A stretch of 64,000 nucleotides of DNA from positions 45,297 through 109,296 of the forward strand of contig CAWDKO010000009.1 in assembly GCA_963802935.1 (NCBI GenBank). Direction: 5' to 3'. Every line of letters begins with the position of its first letter. Position 1 is the stretch's first letter. The notes beneath the pieces were generated by a model. That model had not been told where the DNA came from. It made no database searches and saw only the letters and a program-made list of their open reading frames with translations. A program made the translations under genes and the position numbers. This document shows, one piece after another, positions 63,590 through 64,000 of this stretch. Origin of the DNA: an uncultured Solirubrobacterales bacterium (lineage in GTDB: Bacteria; Actinomycetota; Thermoleophilia; Solirubrobacterales; 70-9).

Positions 63590-63765
63590 GCGCCTGCTGC
63601 CCGGTAGCTACGACGACCCCCGGGCGCGCATGGACGCCTTCCTGGCGACTGGCGAACGTTTGCCCGCTGGCTGATGACTGGCCTACTGGCGCGCAGCAGT
63701 CCGATGCGCCGATGATTGCGGGGCTCGGCGGTCAGCCGAAAGCCGCGCAAACGGCTCTAGAAAGC

Positions 63766-63830
63766 CCCCACAACAGAAAACGCCCCTCCGGGGAGGAGGG
63801 GCGCTTCTGGGGTTACTACAGGGAGGAGAG
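63766..63830 (+). repeat. 66-nt direct repeat, copy 2
   Basis: CCCCACAACAGAAAACGCCCCTCCGGGGAGGAGGGGCGCTTCTGGGGTTACTACAGGGAGGAGAG; the stem change G>T is compensated by C>A. Confidence 0.85.
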
Positions 63831-64000
63831 ATATGTATCTCTATATATGTGGATCGGTGGGAGGTGGGTGAGCCCTGTTTGTGCCGCGGGCGCCGATGTG
63901 GGAAGCATCGGGGCCATATGACGGCGCAAGACTCGACCTAAAAGTTTTGGTGCTTCCTACGTCGGCACCTCCACTCGAATCCTTGAACAGCGTACGAACA

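Overview
High-GC (by eye about 68-72%) actinobacterial-type chromosome segment. Gene order suggests Actinomycetota, possibly the Thermoleophilia or Rubrobacteria lineage, but this is not provable from the window. Most of it is a conserved housekeeping backbone: leuS, dtd, hisS-aspS, mnmA, alaS-ruvX-mltG-aroE-aroC-aroKB-aroQ-pepP, and efp-nusB-ispA-dxs. Three accessory regions interrupt the backbone. (1) 13.3-20.5 kb: two adjacent giant secreted proteins (S1 protease, 8-blade Trp-rich propeller, Fn3, ConA-like) next to a PucR-type regulator. Their 3' 2,075 bp are almost nucleotide-identical. (2) 20.64-26.57 kb: a 5.9-kb island integrated at tRNA-Met(CAT), bounded by a 44-nt direct repeat of the tRNA 3' half. 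It carries an uncharacterised two-gene operon (soluble 309-aa protein plus 4-TM protein), a tyrosine-integrase remnant abutting an IS3-family element, a minimal type I CBASS (CD-NTase plus Cap15-like 2TM effector) and a VapBC module. (3) 61.0-63.8 kb: a 2.7-kb module (RelE/ParE-like pair plus two unknown proteins) bracketed by a 66-nt direct repeat. There are also two unannotated non-coding repeat families. One has a covarying outer helix around invariant core sequences, with 3 copies. Four housekeeping genes (thrC, alaS, mltG, mug) are broken by single-base frameshifts, at least two of them in G runs. This points to assembly indels rather than gene decay. Many long ORFs in the six-frame track are high-GC antisense shadows and were not called.
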